Position numbers and translations under genes: made by a program
Origin: Chiloscyllium plagiosum
Taxonomy: Eukaryota
Assembly: GCF_004010195.1 (NCBI RefSeq)
Contig: NC_057730.1
Coordinates: 19,628,687-19,692,686, forward strand
Direction of reading: 5' to 3'
DNA: 64,000 nucleotides
Part shown: positions 25,291-36,986 of the stretch, one piece after another
Position numbering within the stretch: position 1 is the first letter of the stretch
Layout of the letters: every line of letters starts with the position of its first letter
Notes under the pieces: generated by a model
What the model was told of the DNA's origin: nothing
The model's database searches: none
What the model saw: the letters and a program-made list of their open reading frames with translations, nothing else

Positions 25291-25539
25291 ATCCTGATAA
25301 TTGCAAGAGACAGTCATGATATAATTAAAATACATGTATTTATAAATAGTGTCCTCTGTATATTGTGTAAATAAATCTGGTAGTTCTTCACTATATATTA
25401 TGTACAAAGTGGGCAGAATCCAACATTAAATTGATTATCTGGATCCAGCACAAACAGATTTGTCATGGTCCTTGTGGCTTCTTTAACTTGCTATTTCTTT
25501 ACCACTTTCAAATCAGAACACTTTCTAGACAGACTCATT

Positions 25540-26296
25540 TTCCAATTATAATAGATTTTATTTCTGCAGGCCATTGATAATCTTAAGTATTGTAATATTT
25601 TAGTTATCAACAAAAGATGAAATCTGTACAATATTTACACATAACTTAAAAGCATTAGTTTTTTTTTAACAATTACAATACAAACATTTTGCAATTAGAC
25701 TAAGAAAATAAATATACAATTACCATGTTATACTGCAGATTATATATTAAACTATGATCATTCTTGATGAGAACAACACTAATTTGTGGCTGTTTGTAAC
25801 AAGAATGATTAATGTTCTATATAGTTTCACTCATTCTAGCAATATTTAAAGTATTTTACAGCTGTTTAATTTTCAAATTAATGATTACAGTTTTGGAATA
25901 TAAATTGATAAAAATATGTTGATAAAAACAATTGTTTTCCTTGTGTAGATGCAGCTAACTTGCTTATGCAAAAAAGGTCATCCAACCACCTGCACTCTGG
26001 CCTCAGGCCAGCTGGGTCAGATGTGCTGCGTCATATTTACCCCTAGAAAGAAACTAATTTGTGCAAACATTTTTTTTAATTGTAGTAACAGAATTTCACT
26101 CAGCTGCACATTACCTTGGTTGAAGGTCCTGTCTTAACACTTTTTTTAAAAAAGATCAAGGCAGAAGAATGCCCAATAAACCATCCTCCTTTTTGGAGTT
26201 TATGTAGCTTCCTTCATTTTGTTCTAAAAAGCTTCCAAAGACTGGTATGTGGTTCAGCACCAACAGGCACCTCGGGGCTTGTCTGTCTGTGCAGGG
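25540..26296 (-). other. CYTH3: CYTH3 3'UTR
   Basis: Follows the TAA stop; minus-strand AATAAA at 25557-25562. Confidence 0.55.
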
Positions 26297-26369
26297 TTAC
26301 TTTTTATTGGCAATTCTCCTTTTCCTAGTGGCCAGCATGTCATAGAAGGGGTCCTTGCTGATACTGGCT
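26297..26369 (-). CDS. CYTH3: cytohesin-3 last coding exon (polybasic C-terminus)
   Basis: tatatag| acceptor; ASISKDPFYDMLATRKRRIANKK-stop, typical of CYTH3. Confidence 0.96.
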
Positions 26370-27038
26370 CTATATAAAAGAAAAAGCAATTATGTGTTCG
26401 TCCATGTCAGATTTTGAGAAGTTAAGCATCAAGGTGCAGCTTTTCTGGCAACCCCTGCATGTTACCTTCAACGTCTTGCGGGGGAGAGGCCACTGTCCAT
26501 TGCCTTTTGCAGTGCGCCTTCACAAAAACGTATAAAATAGATAGAGTCATCTCATCTCTGATTTCTCCGCTTTCTTCATCCTACCCTCTCACTCTAGCTC
26601 TGAAAGTAGTGGATTTGGATATGAGGTGACACATTAATTCTACTTGATATTGTATTTGGAATTTTGTATACTCCCAAATTAGCACCCATGCATAGCTGCC
26701 TGCAATTGCAGATGCCAGCAAACACGGATTTACATTGGTGATACCAAATAAGAGTACTATTGTGAGATGGATAAAGTGGTCACAAAAACATACTTTGACC
26801 ATACATTTGTCTCTGTACCTTAATAACTAGTTTTCTGCAGTGTCAAAATTTAGGGGCAGGAGTTTAACATTTGCAACGAAATAGTATTGAAAGGGTTGAC
26901 GAGCCTACAAATCTAAATTTCAGTGGTCTAGGAAACGTTGAGACTGTTTATATCAAAGCAACACACATTAACAACAAAAGAACACCCTCAAAGATCAAAA
27001 TAGGGAGACCAGACTTTACTGGCTACTTGCTACAGAAA

Positions 27039-27270
27039 TACAGAGGAACCTCGATTATCCGAAGGAGATCCCAATAGAAATATTACATCAAAGACGTGTT
27101 TCCAACAGCGACCGTGTCTTTTGTTTACAGTGATTAAACAGGCATAGTCTCCAAATGACAGACCTCCCACCCTCCCTCCACTTTTCCGGGAGTTCTACAG
27201 AGGGGTGTACCCTAAACCCCCCCCTTAATCTCTCCACCATTGCCCTGTACAGGGCAGAGGTGGAACCTGT
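27039..27270 (+). mobile_element. Tc1/mariner element, left-end fragment
   Basis: TACAGAGGAACCTCGATTATCCGAA TIR; no right TIR seen. Confidence 0.55.
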
Positions 27271-27891
27271 TATTCTACACTAGGCCGGTAATGCCTTTAT
27301 TATAATGTACCTTGAATGACCTATTTTTAAGCCACATAGAATCCATTAGACCTGAACAAGGCTGGAGTCCAGATCTTGAAGGGCTGTTGTACTGCAGTGG
27401 TAATGGTTAAGTCCATTCAACTCCCAACTGCTTCAGAGATGTGTAATAGCATCTTTGCACAGGCTACTTAAAAATGAAATCACTTAATGCTCATAACTGT
27501 TATTCAGTCGAGTTTCTGTGACCATTTCAGAACTGTTAATGGTAAAGGTAGCAGAGTATTGAATCAAATATAAGATGGATGTTGTCCAAAGCAAATTAGT
27601 CACAGACTGCAACCAATTCATTATTTTTGTAATCTATCTACAATTATACACTTGAGTAACACTTAACCTTATAGAATGATCTAACAGTAATTTCCTTCCC
27701 TCTGTGGCTCTTCTAGTGATTTAAAAAAATTAATCGATTTGTTCCAGGCCCTTTAATGTGATATACACAAGGCTAAAATAATATTCAGTTCCTTGTAATC
27801 AAAGGAATGGCAAACTTGGTAATGTGCAACACTTGGCAAAGAGAGTTAGACATGCTGAGGACAAAGAATATCCATCCAAACTTATACATAC

Positions 27892-28046
27892 TTGATCGAT
27901 TTTATCCACTCATCTTTTTCCTCTGGTGTTGGTGCAGATATTCTGTAAACCACATGGTTGCCTTCAACTACCCGACCATCAGCTTCAGTCTTGCAGGCTT
28001 TGATTACCTGACCTTTGTGACTGGGATTGAAAAGTTCAAAGCAGTT
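27892..28046 (-). CDS. CYTH3: cytohesin-3 PH domain exon (155 nt)
   Basis: [52 protein letters not shown]; AG/GT boundaries. Confidence 0.96.
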
Positions 28047-28298
28047 CTAAGGAAAAGAACAATCTAATGTTAAAACAGCAAGAAACTGACGATTCAACAA
28101 GTCCTTTTCAGGCTTTGAACACAAATCTAGGTTCAGCATGCCAATGCAGTACTGCAAGGTCCCCACCCTTTATCATCTCATGAGTTGTGTTACATGGGTT
28201 AGATGTTCATGTCAGCAAATTCAATTTTGTTGCTTTTCCTTCCCCTTCTCAAAATTATTCATTTTTAGTTACAGTTCTGCAAGTATACTCTGTAATAT

Positions 28299-28386
28299 TA
28301 CAGAGGAACCTCAATTATCCGAAGGACATGAGTGAACAGTATTTTGTTCAGTTAATCAAATGCTGGATAATAGAGGTTCCTCTATA
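28299..28386. mobile_element. 88-bp Tc1/mariner MITE
   Basis: TACAGAGGAACCTCAATTATCC...GGATAATAGAGGTTCCTCTATA. Confidence 0.75.
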
Positions 28387-28707
28387 CTCTTATCCAGAAA
28401 AGAAAGAATCAACAGGGTTTAAAACTGGAGGGAAACAGACATGTTTAAAGCATTGGCAAAACTCCGTACTCGTTAATCTGGTTACAGCAATGGATTTCAG
28501 GCATGAATTAAGTATTAACTCTTGAATTATCAGGTGCCTGAGAGAGCAATTGAGATTAAAATTCATTCAAGTCTGGTAACTAAGTTTAGACTAATTGAAA
28601 ATACATCCTCTAAACCAGCATTTTTAATTTTGTGGTTTCCAAATTCTTACATTGCACACAATGTGTTAGAGTAAATGAATCATGTATTCAGAAAGAAGCT
28701 TACTCAC

Positions 28708-28779
28708 AGGTTTTCTTGGATCTTCAACCTCCCGAATGCTGAGATTCTCTAAAGGAATTATTCCTCTAGGTTCTTTGTC
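28708..28779 (-). CDS. CYTH3: cytohesin-3 PH exon (72 nt)
   Basis: [24 protein letters not shown]; cag/gtgagt boundaries. Confidence 0.96.
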
Positions 28780-29229
28780 CTGTAATGATAAATTATTTTA
28801 AGGATTTCAAAATGCAGCACCAGTGCTTTGGATTCTAGTACACTTACTCAGCTCAGTGGGTCACACTGCATACCATGCAACATTGGTATAACCACCTCCC
28901 TTTTGTAATAGCTTCACTTCTGTACGTGGAGATAATTTTTATACCATCACCCGCAGGAGCATTATTTGCACATTTATATTTAGGATGGAAATTAGCTCTG
29001 GAAAATAAAACTGTCAATTTTAGCCCTACTATGAGTTCTACCAATGTCCTACTAAACCTATCGCAAGCCCACAAGAATTCATTGTATGGGGTTAGAAGTA
29101 ACATATCATGCCTGCTTTTGGAGAGGAGTAAATGCTGGATGAAGGAAGTGCGCACAGGTAATGCATAAAAATCCAGATAATGAATAAGGAAACCTAATTG
29201 AAAAATGAAGATGGCAATGTATTCTCCTC

Positions 29230-29710
29230 AAATCTTTCCAGCAATGTCATGGCCTTTTAGATTCTGTAAAGGTGAATGTAGAGTGGAAAATGGCAAATGC
29301 AACACCAGTATTCAAGAAGCAGGAGGAAGAAGTCCAGAACTTATCAGTCATAGAGAAAAAGTGTGAGAACCCATCAGAGGTTATAGAAGGATATGTAGAG
29401 AGCACAGACAGAAGTTGTCAAGAGGAGGCAGAGGATATGCAAAGGAATATTAACAAGTTAATTCAGTGTGCAAAAAAAATGCCAGATGGAGTAGAAGGAG
29501 GGGATATGTGAACTTGTTTATTTTAGCAAAAAGATTAGAAAAGTAGTACACTATTTCAAGTGAGCGTGCAGGTACAAGAAAAAGAAATGAGCTCATTATA
29601 GAATTCTCTTCTGCAGAAGATAGCAAAGGCACAGTCTTTAAATTTATATGGTACAAACAGGCAAGCAGATCCCATGATCTTACTGAATGGCCCACTCCTG
29701 CTCCCGAGTC
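29230..29710 (+). mobile_element. deleted and decayed CR1 fragment
   Basis: WKMANATPVFKK and MQRNINKLIQCAKK motifs; tail actgaatggcccactcctgctcc. Confidence 0.55.
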
Positions 29711-29835
29711 TTTTTTGCACCTAAATATTTCATCAGTCTTGACACAATTACTGCAACTGGTTAACTTTTAGTATATTAGTATAAATATACTCTTAGTATA
29801 AATAATGTATTAGTCCACAAACTCAGACAACTTAC

Positions 29836-29912
29836 TGTTGTGTATTCAAAGTAATAGAGGCAATTGTCTGTGAGAATGAACCATCGACGTTTCCAAGTTT
29901 TTACTCTTCCTC
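29836..29912 (-). CDS. CYTH3: cytohesin-3 PH exon (77 nt)
   Basis: cag|GAGGAAGAGTAAAAACTTGG gives (G)[25 protein letters not shown]; gtaagt donor. Confidence 0.96.
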
Positions 29913-31946
29913 CTGATGTAAATTAAGTTTTAGAAGCATTATTAAACAAATTTAAAACACTTTTTTAAAACTCAGATGACATCCATACTTTCTTTTCCTA
30001 CCACACAACGACAGTTATTAAGCCAGTTCAAATATTCTTGTTATAAATCCCATCTGTTTAAGTCCATAAGTGATCCTCTGTGGTATTATACATATTTTCC
30101 TCTTCACATTCTAGAGGCACATAAATGTTATTTTTGAAAAACATGGTGAACTTGCAGAGGGGCCCCATTTCCCCAGAAGAAAACCTGATTTTTTTTTATT
30201 CATGCGCTGCACATTCAGTAAAGAACATTTATACCAGCTGAACCTAATTCAAATCTCCAGGATGTTTTGGCATATCTAATAGATCTTCACTAAATCCTTG
30301 TAAAAATCTTTTTCTGAGCTAGAGGGGAGAAAACAATTTTTCCTTTACTAACATCTGTAGCCATTTTACAAAGAGACAAGTAAATAGTGGTTCTGATCAG
30401 AATCTGGGTGTTTCAAAGAAACAAACTTGGTGAACAAAGAACTGCAGCACTAAACAAAACTTACCACATTAAGTCAACACATGTAGAGTTAGTAGATAGC
30501 AACCTAGAATCTTAACTCTACCTTCTATTTCAACCAGTGTTCTTTTCTTGGGGACAGAAGGTATTTATGACTGGATTGCAACTCCTTAGTAGGAATTGAG
30601 GGTTACTCAGCCATGGGCAGGCTACCTCAAACCACAGCAGTGTACAAATTTGACTTCAGAATTTGAACCACAAAATGAAGCTATTCAACCTATCACAGCT
30701 CTGAAGTAGGACCAACTGGATAGTTTGAAAGCTGGCAACAACCTTTCTCTGAAGTCCAACAAAATGTTTGTTGCTTTACCCAAGTTCCCTTTTTATTGAA
30801 TCTGCTTCCAAAACCCTTTTAGCTAGTACATTCCAGATGATAATATACAGCATTAAAAAAATTGTTCTGCTCCCATTTTTTTTGCCAATATATATGTGCT
30901 AATTCTGACCCTACTTCTAGTTGAAAGAATTTCTCCTTGTTCACCAGCAAAGCCATCCATAACTTTGAACACCTCTGTTAAAACCTCAATGTCCTTCAAT
31001 AAGAGAAACAATTCTGGACAAAATACTTTAAATCTCTGCTTGAAAGGTTTAGTCTTGTTCTCTAAAGTATAAGGATAACATATGCTTTTAGAACAAGGAG
31101 ATTCTTAGTCCTCATTATTCAGAGCATATTCTGAGTTGTTAGCTACATTCCAGTGTGCAATGAAATGCAGTAATTGGCACTGAAATTTCAGAAAGATATT
31201 TACACTTTGTGCATAACAAAACCATAAACTGTTTACAGATCTGCAAACTTACAGTTAACCATGAAGAACCCAGTTTCTGAGCAGGCAGCAGATTTGGTCA
31301 TTTTAAAAATTATTTTCAAACATCTTTCTTGAAGGGTATGACAGGCCAGAATATTTATCATTGCAATCAAGATCTATGAAGGAGCATCCTTCAAGACAAG
31401 TTAACAGGGCTCCAGTCAAATAGAAAACAGCCAGTGAAAATGCTAACATTTAGTTTAGAACATGATAAGTTAACATTGCCTGTCAACAGCATAAAATTTG
31501 CAAACACTGCCCAAAGTATAAATATGAAGTGCCTGTTGCGAGGTAACAACAGCCTCTTGTATAGAGGAAAAGGAAATGCTCATCTTCTCAGTACAACATT
31601 CTGTACCTCTGATTATGGGACCAGAGAGAAATCAGATACAGATTAGTTTGAATTATGAAACGTCCACGTCATCTCATATTTCAGTACTGGTGCAGGCAAG
31701 ATAGTTGAGAAGAAAACAGTTTCATCAATGAATATGCTAACAATCCTTGAGCAATATTGTAGGTGTACAGCAGAAAGCGGATCAGATCTCGGTGAAATTG
31801 CAACTACACAGTGAAGTGTTATCGCAGGAGGCACTTCACAACAATAACAACTTCTTAAAGAAAAGGAAAATACAAAAAGGAAGGAAAAACTGAAGTTAAG
31901 TAATGCAAACGAGTCAAGAGGATCTGGAAGCTCCTCTGGTACGTAC

Positions 31947-31949
31947 CTC
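31947..31949 (-). CDS. CYTH3: 3-nt microexon GAG (adds the third Gly to the PH domain)
   Basis: Minus strand tctctgcttattctgcattag|GAG|gtacgt, in the intron between the WLLKLG and GRVKTW exons. Confidence 0.85.
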
Positions 31950-32963
31950 CTAATGCAGAATAAGCAGAGACAGCCAGTCATAGAACAGAAAGGTGACAGG
32001 TCATAGGCCATAAGGAAAACAAGAAGGCACATTTAAGCCAATTTTATAAAAAAAACTAGAGCAAACAAACACACAAATCAATAGAAAAATCACAAATAAT
32101 GCAAGAAAAAGAGACATGTACAAATCATAACTCTGAAAGTGCCACTTGCTTTGTATGTGAAAAGTTGAAGCAGTCAACAAATGTAACAACCATGCAACTC
32201 ACTTCAGTATCGTGAAATAAAATAAAAGCACTAACTCAAATGGTTTATGTTTATAAATAATGTTTCTAACACCACTATCCAATATATCTGTTGAATAATG
32301 GAACTGTAAATCAGCATCATTGTACATTGAAAGGATGTTAAAATACAACATACAAGAACCTTCTTGTATAAACAGAAAAACAACCACAGTGGATTTCCAG
32401 TCAAAACTCAAGGTTATAGTAATTATTTCTCATGCATTATTTATCTTGAATAATCTGCTAGGATTAAGCCAGTCTTCTGAGGCATGTGACAGTTAATGCC
32501 CCAAGTGTTTTTCTTTAGGACACTGGGTGCGGTCAACATATGCACCAGCAATCAGATAGACGCTCCAAACATCATTTTTTAAAAACAAAGTCAGACCGTA
32601 TGGTGTAACAGAAGACATATCAGGGATGAAATAAACAATGCTGGTATGAGTCAGTGCTAGACATGGTAAGGCAATTTAATAGCATCCCCTGCGCCTTTGG
32701 CATTTGAGGATTGAATTTTGGTCCATGATATTAGAAAGAAACTTCCTCATCCCTCACGCAGCACTTCTTGAAACTTTATCCAAGGGATCAGATAGGGTCT
32801 TGTTTTACTTTTATATCCATCAGTGTAGCACCTCCTGAGTACTACACTGGACTGTGTTTAGATTGTGGACTTTGGCTCAAGTCCAACCAAGCTGAAATAA
32901 GGCTTAGGTAACAAACCTCAAATGTTCTGTAATATTGTATAGAATATGATTAGACAAACTAAC

Positions 32964-33075
32964 CTAATTTTAATAGCCAGCCTTCTCGATCAGGGTTAAA
33001 AAATGTGTGGGTCAAATCATTCCCATCATCTTCTGGGATTTTGAAAGGTTCATTCTTAATACTATCATACAAGTT
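32964..33075 (-). CDS. CYTH3: cytohesin-3 Sec7-PH linker exon (112 nt)
   Basis: [37 protein letters not shown](G). Confidence 0.96.
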
Positions 33076-33913
33076 CTGCAGAAGGATGGGAAAAAGAAAC
33101 ATTAACATGAATCTAATGCACATGCTTCAATTAAAGAGTTACAAAATATTTACAACATAGAAATAGGCCATTTGCTTCAACTGGTTCATACCAATGTTCC
33201 ATTCACCCTCTTCCAACCCTCCCATATCATCCCATTAGCACAACTTCCTATACCCTTCTCCTTTCTGCATTTATCCAACTTTCCCTTAAATCCAACCAAG
33301 TTATTCACATCAAATATTCCTTGTGATAGCAAGTTCCACATTCTAACCAATCTCTCATGATAAGGAAGTTTCTCCTGAATTTCTTATCGGATTTATTACT
33401 GGCCCCTAGATTTCAATTTCCTCTTGAGTGGAAGCATCTGTAGACTACTCTGTCAAACTCCTTCATAATTTTAAAGACCTTTGCAGGTTACTCCCTGGTA
33501 TTCTGTTTTCCAGAAAAAAGCCCTAGTATAAATTCTCAGTTCTAGAATGTTCGCTTCATTTACTGGTAAAATACTTTAATCATTCCAATCTGAGCTCACT
33601 TTTTCAGAACACATTATTTTCCTCTTCAAAAGTAAAGTTGCAAGAGCTAAAATGAGGAGTTATTTGTTGCCCTGCTTTTCCTCAGAGTGGCACAACTGGA
33701 TCTTCTTACCTTGAAGGCAGGCATGGCCATTTACACATCAAAAAATGGCACCTCTGACAGCAGTATATTGTTGGACGGTCAGCCTACATCAAGTGCTGAA
33801 GGCTAGCAGTAGGTCTTTAACCCACCTCTTTCTGACTCATTAGGTTGAAGTGCTAACCTCTCATTATTGGTGGGGATGGTGCAGGCTTGAAAGAGTTTTG
33901 TCTAAACACTCAC

Positions 33914-34062
33914 CCTGAGCAACTCCTCTGGGAGGTCTCCTCCTTCATTAATGCCCCGATTCATGGAAATAAATCTTTCCACTGCAGGTTTGTCCCTCAC
34001 ATTAGGGTTGTGCAAACTTGTATTTAGCATAATTATAGCAAATGAAAGCACATAGCAAGTGT
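33914..34062 (-). CDS. CYTH3: cytohesin-3 Sec7 exon (149 nt)
   Basis: [50 protein letters not shown]. Confidence 0.97.
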
Positions 34063-34322
34063 CTGTGGGGAGAAAGAAAAGTGAAGTCAGCACATGCTCC
34101 AAGATTTCCTTCACTCTTGCACCTTCAGCTTCCACTATTTTAATTTAAAGGTTACAGTTCAACACTCTCCCCTAAAATAAATCACACTCATGGCTTTCCG
34201 TAGCTCTCAGGACAAAAGTAAAACAAAGGCAAGACCCAGAAGGGTGTTAAAGAAAAAAACATAAGCAAGAAATTACTGCAGCCCTGCCCCCAAACGCTAC
34301 TTATAGATTTAATACAACTAAC

Positions 34323-34435
34323 CTGTTGACTGGAACACCCCAGGATTGCACTGACAATATCGAGAGGCAAATGCTTCCATCATTCGATCTATTTTCTGTG
34401 CCTCACCTGGCAACCTGAAGCTCCATAGAAACTGC
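34323..34435 (-). CDS. CYTH3: cytohesin-3 Sec7 exon with catalytic Glu finger (113 nt)
   Basis: [37 protein letters not shown]. Confidence 0.97.
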
Positions 34436-34919
34436 CTATCGGATAAAAACAAGATGGACAGCTGTAAGTGCCTGGATCCATAAGCTTTTAAGCTCTGACT
34501 GAAGAGGAGCCAAGTGCTTATTGATTTCAACAAGCACTACAAATTGTTCCATTGCTCACTACTTGAACAGCTTGAAGCAATCACTGACAAGAATATTACT
34601 GCACATCCTATCAAGTGTTCATTGTTTAAAAACTCAACATATTGGCATAAAGTATACAAATCTATCCTCCTATTCACACTACAAACTCAATGTTCTGTGG
34701 AATACAATTTGTGTAGTTATTGGTGCCTCAGGACAGAATTTTGAAATACATTACCCAAATTCCCAACATTTTGCTGAAGTGTTATAAAAGTTATCAGAGT
34801 ATAGCCTCCATTGCAGTGCCACACTCAAAATACATCCTGTTTAATTCATTAAGAAAAAGCAACATAAAGATAATCTCAAACAATCACACAAGCAGTACCC
34901 TAATCAGAGTGGTCTTGAT

Positions 34920-35285
34920 CACCTCAGGATACCCTAAAACACTACAAGCCAATGAAGTACTTTTTGAAGTGCATTCATTGGTGTTTTTTTTAGGAAATAC
35001 ACTTGCCAATTATACACAGCAAGCTCCCTCAAAATGACCAACACAACTAAAAACATCTAGCTGAGTTAAATGTCAGCAAAATACTAAGAGGTGCTGTCCA
35101 GCTCATTTTGAGCACTATCCTGGATCTGTATGTCCACCTGAAAGGGGCAGATGGAGCCTTGGTTATCCTCTGATCCAATACTGCACCAGAACAGTCAGTC
35201 TGGATCATGTGTTCAGGTCTTGCAGTGGGGCCTCAACACACAACCTTTCAATTCAGGGGGCTGGAACACTATTCGCTAAGCCAAG
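34920..35285 (-). mobile_element. old DeuSINE-like (SacSINE1-type) SINE
   Basis: tccacctgaaaggggcagatggagccttggtt resembles the Deu domain; similar decayed pieces near 32700-32900 and 33725-33865. Confidence 0.45.
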
Positions 35286-35486
35286 TTCGTACCTAATGTC
35301 CATTCTGTTCCCATTCTTCCTCACCATCTCAAGTATTTAAAGAGAAGAATGTACACAGGAAACTATAAAGTAAAATGGCACGGCACTGTATTTGAGAATA
35401 TGTAAGCTCAATGTGGATGCCTTTGCATTGGACTTTAATTAGTGCTAAATTTGTTGATCACCACTTTTGGAAAAGGAGACACAAAC

Positions 35487-35567
35487 CTCAAAGCTTGTAC
35501 TAAATGAAGGTCAGCAAACTCATGAAGTTCAACAAATGCTTGAAGAACCTTGAGGTTAAATTCATCT
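35487..35567 (-). CDS. CYTH3: cytohesin-3 Sec7 exon (81 nt)
   Basis: DEFNLKVLQAFVELHEFADLHLVQALR. Confidence 0.96.
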
Positions 35568-35709
35568 CTGCAATGAGGAAAGAAAATACACAATGAATTA
35601 AATATCTTTGCAATAAATCCTAACAAATTTGACCAAACGTGCTGGCTTTGAATTTTCCCGTTCATAGTCACAGTTCATTTAGCTCTTTCCCCACAGATGT
35701 GAAAATTCT

Positions 35710-35998
35710 TAGCGAGTTTGAGAAGATTTATAACTCAAATTGGAGGTTCTGGATGTAGGTTTGCTCACTGAGCTGGAAGGTTCATTTCCAGATGTTTTGT
35801 CACCCTGCTAAGTAACATCTTCAGTTGGCCTCCGGGCGACACCACAGAAAATGACATCACCAACCCAAAGAAACCCAAACACAAATAGAAAGCAGGAATC
35901 CTGAACAGTTCTTCGCCCAGAGGCCCACTGATGTTACCTAGCAGGGCGACGAAACATCTGGAAATGAACCTTCCAGCTCAGTGAGCAAACCTACATTC
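35710..35998. mobile_element. 289-bp palindromic Penelope-derived element with 13-bp TSD
   Basis: ~85-bp inverted arms (tggatgtaggtttgctcactgagctggaaggttc.../...gaaccttccagctcagtgagcaaacctacattc); TSD atgtgaaaattct at 35697-35709 and 35999-36011; arms match the termini of the PLE at 50706-51588. Confidence 0.85.
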
Positions 35999-36265
35999 AT
36001 GTGAAAATTCTCTTTTCAAATGTTTATCTTTTCCTTGAGAAAGTTGAGACTAAACCTGCTTCCAAGACAATCTAGATCACAACTGGGTGTGTAAATAAAA
36101 ATACCTCTTCCACAGATTAGTTCTTAGCCAATTTCCTTAAACTGGGGTGTCCTGGATACCAACCAGCCCTACCAATGAAAAATCCTTTCCCATTTATCTT
36201 ATCAAAGCCACTCATTTTTAAATAGCTCTAAAATTCCCTTTGAAAAGGGTGGAAACAAACACCTA

Positions 36266-36486
36266 TACACCAAATCTTTGTTATCCTGTGGGGGATAAGG
36301 GTTCAGGTCTCCCACAAATAACACAAAAAGCCAAATAGTGCAATCATCAATATCCCAAATCCAAGGCAAAGAATCGCAAAAATCATCAGGACCTGTCAGT
36401 TGTCAGGGGAAATCAGGTTTGGGGCCAACCTTGCGAGTATCCTGATCATGGATAGTGAATGTGTGTAATAACAAGGTGAGAGTGTA
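36266..36486. mobile_element. Tigger-like MITE
   Basis: TA-flanked imperfect TIRs tacaccaaatctttgttat...ataacaaggtgagagtgta. Confidence 0.45.
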
Positions 36487-36986
36487 ATGGAGCTTCTATA
36501 TTAAATGTTCCTTCCTAATCACTGTTAACACAAGCATCTGCACACCCTTTGAGAACATTTATAAACAATTTAAAAAACAAGAAATGTGTTGAGAGGTTTG
36601 CTTCCGCCATAGGGTCTGAATAAAAAATGCAACATTCCCTCCATTGATTTTGGACACTTGGTAGTACAGTACTTGAGAATTTTGCTGAAAAAAAGCATGT
36701 TGTCGAAGCTTTTCTTCATCTTACACTTATTAGAACAGACTTGCAAGAACACAATCTCAAAGGGATCGACAATCTACGTTATATGATATGAAAATGCTGA
36801 TTGCATGTCCAATTGCTAACTGGATTTGGTATTCTTGCAATTCTGTTTTGAGGAGGGCAGGAGAAAATGCTTCCAAAGCATGTTGCTTTTTCCATACATC
36901 TGAAGTCAACTGATTTAACAAGTTTTATTAATAGATTGTTGTATTATGTAATGGAGGAGAATAGAGCAAAGCCGCTTCACAGGAAC

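Noticed and set aside
26300-26310. AATAAA within the last CYTH3 codons
   Set aside because: Explained by Asn-Lys codons; no evidence that it is used as a polyA signal.
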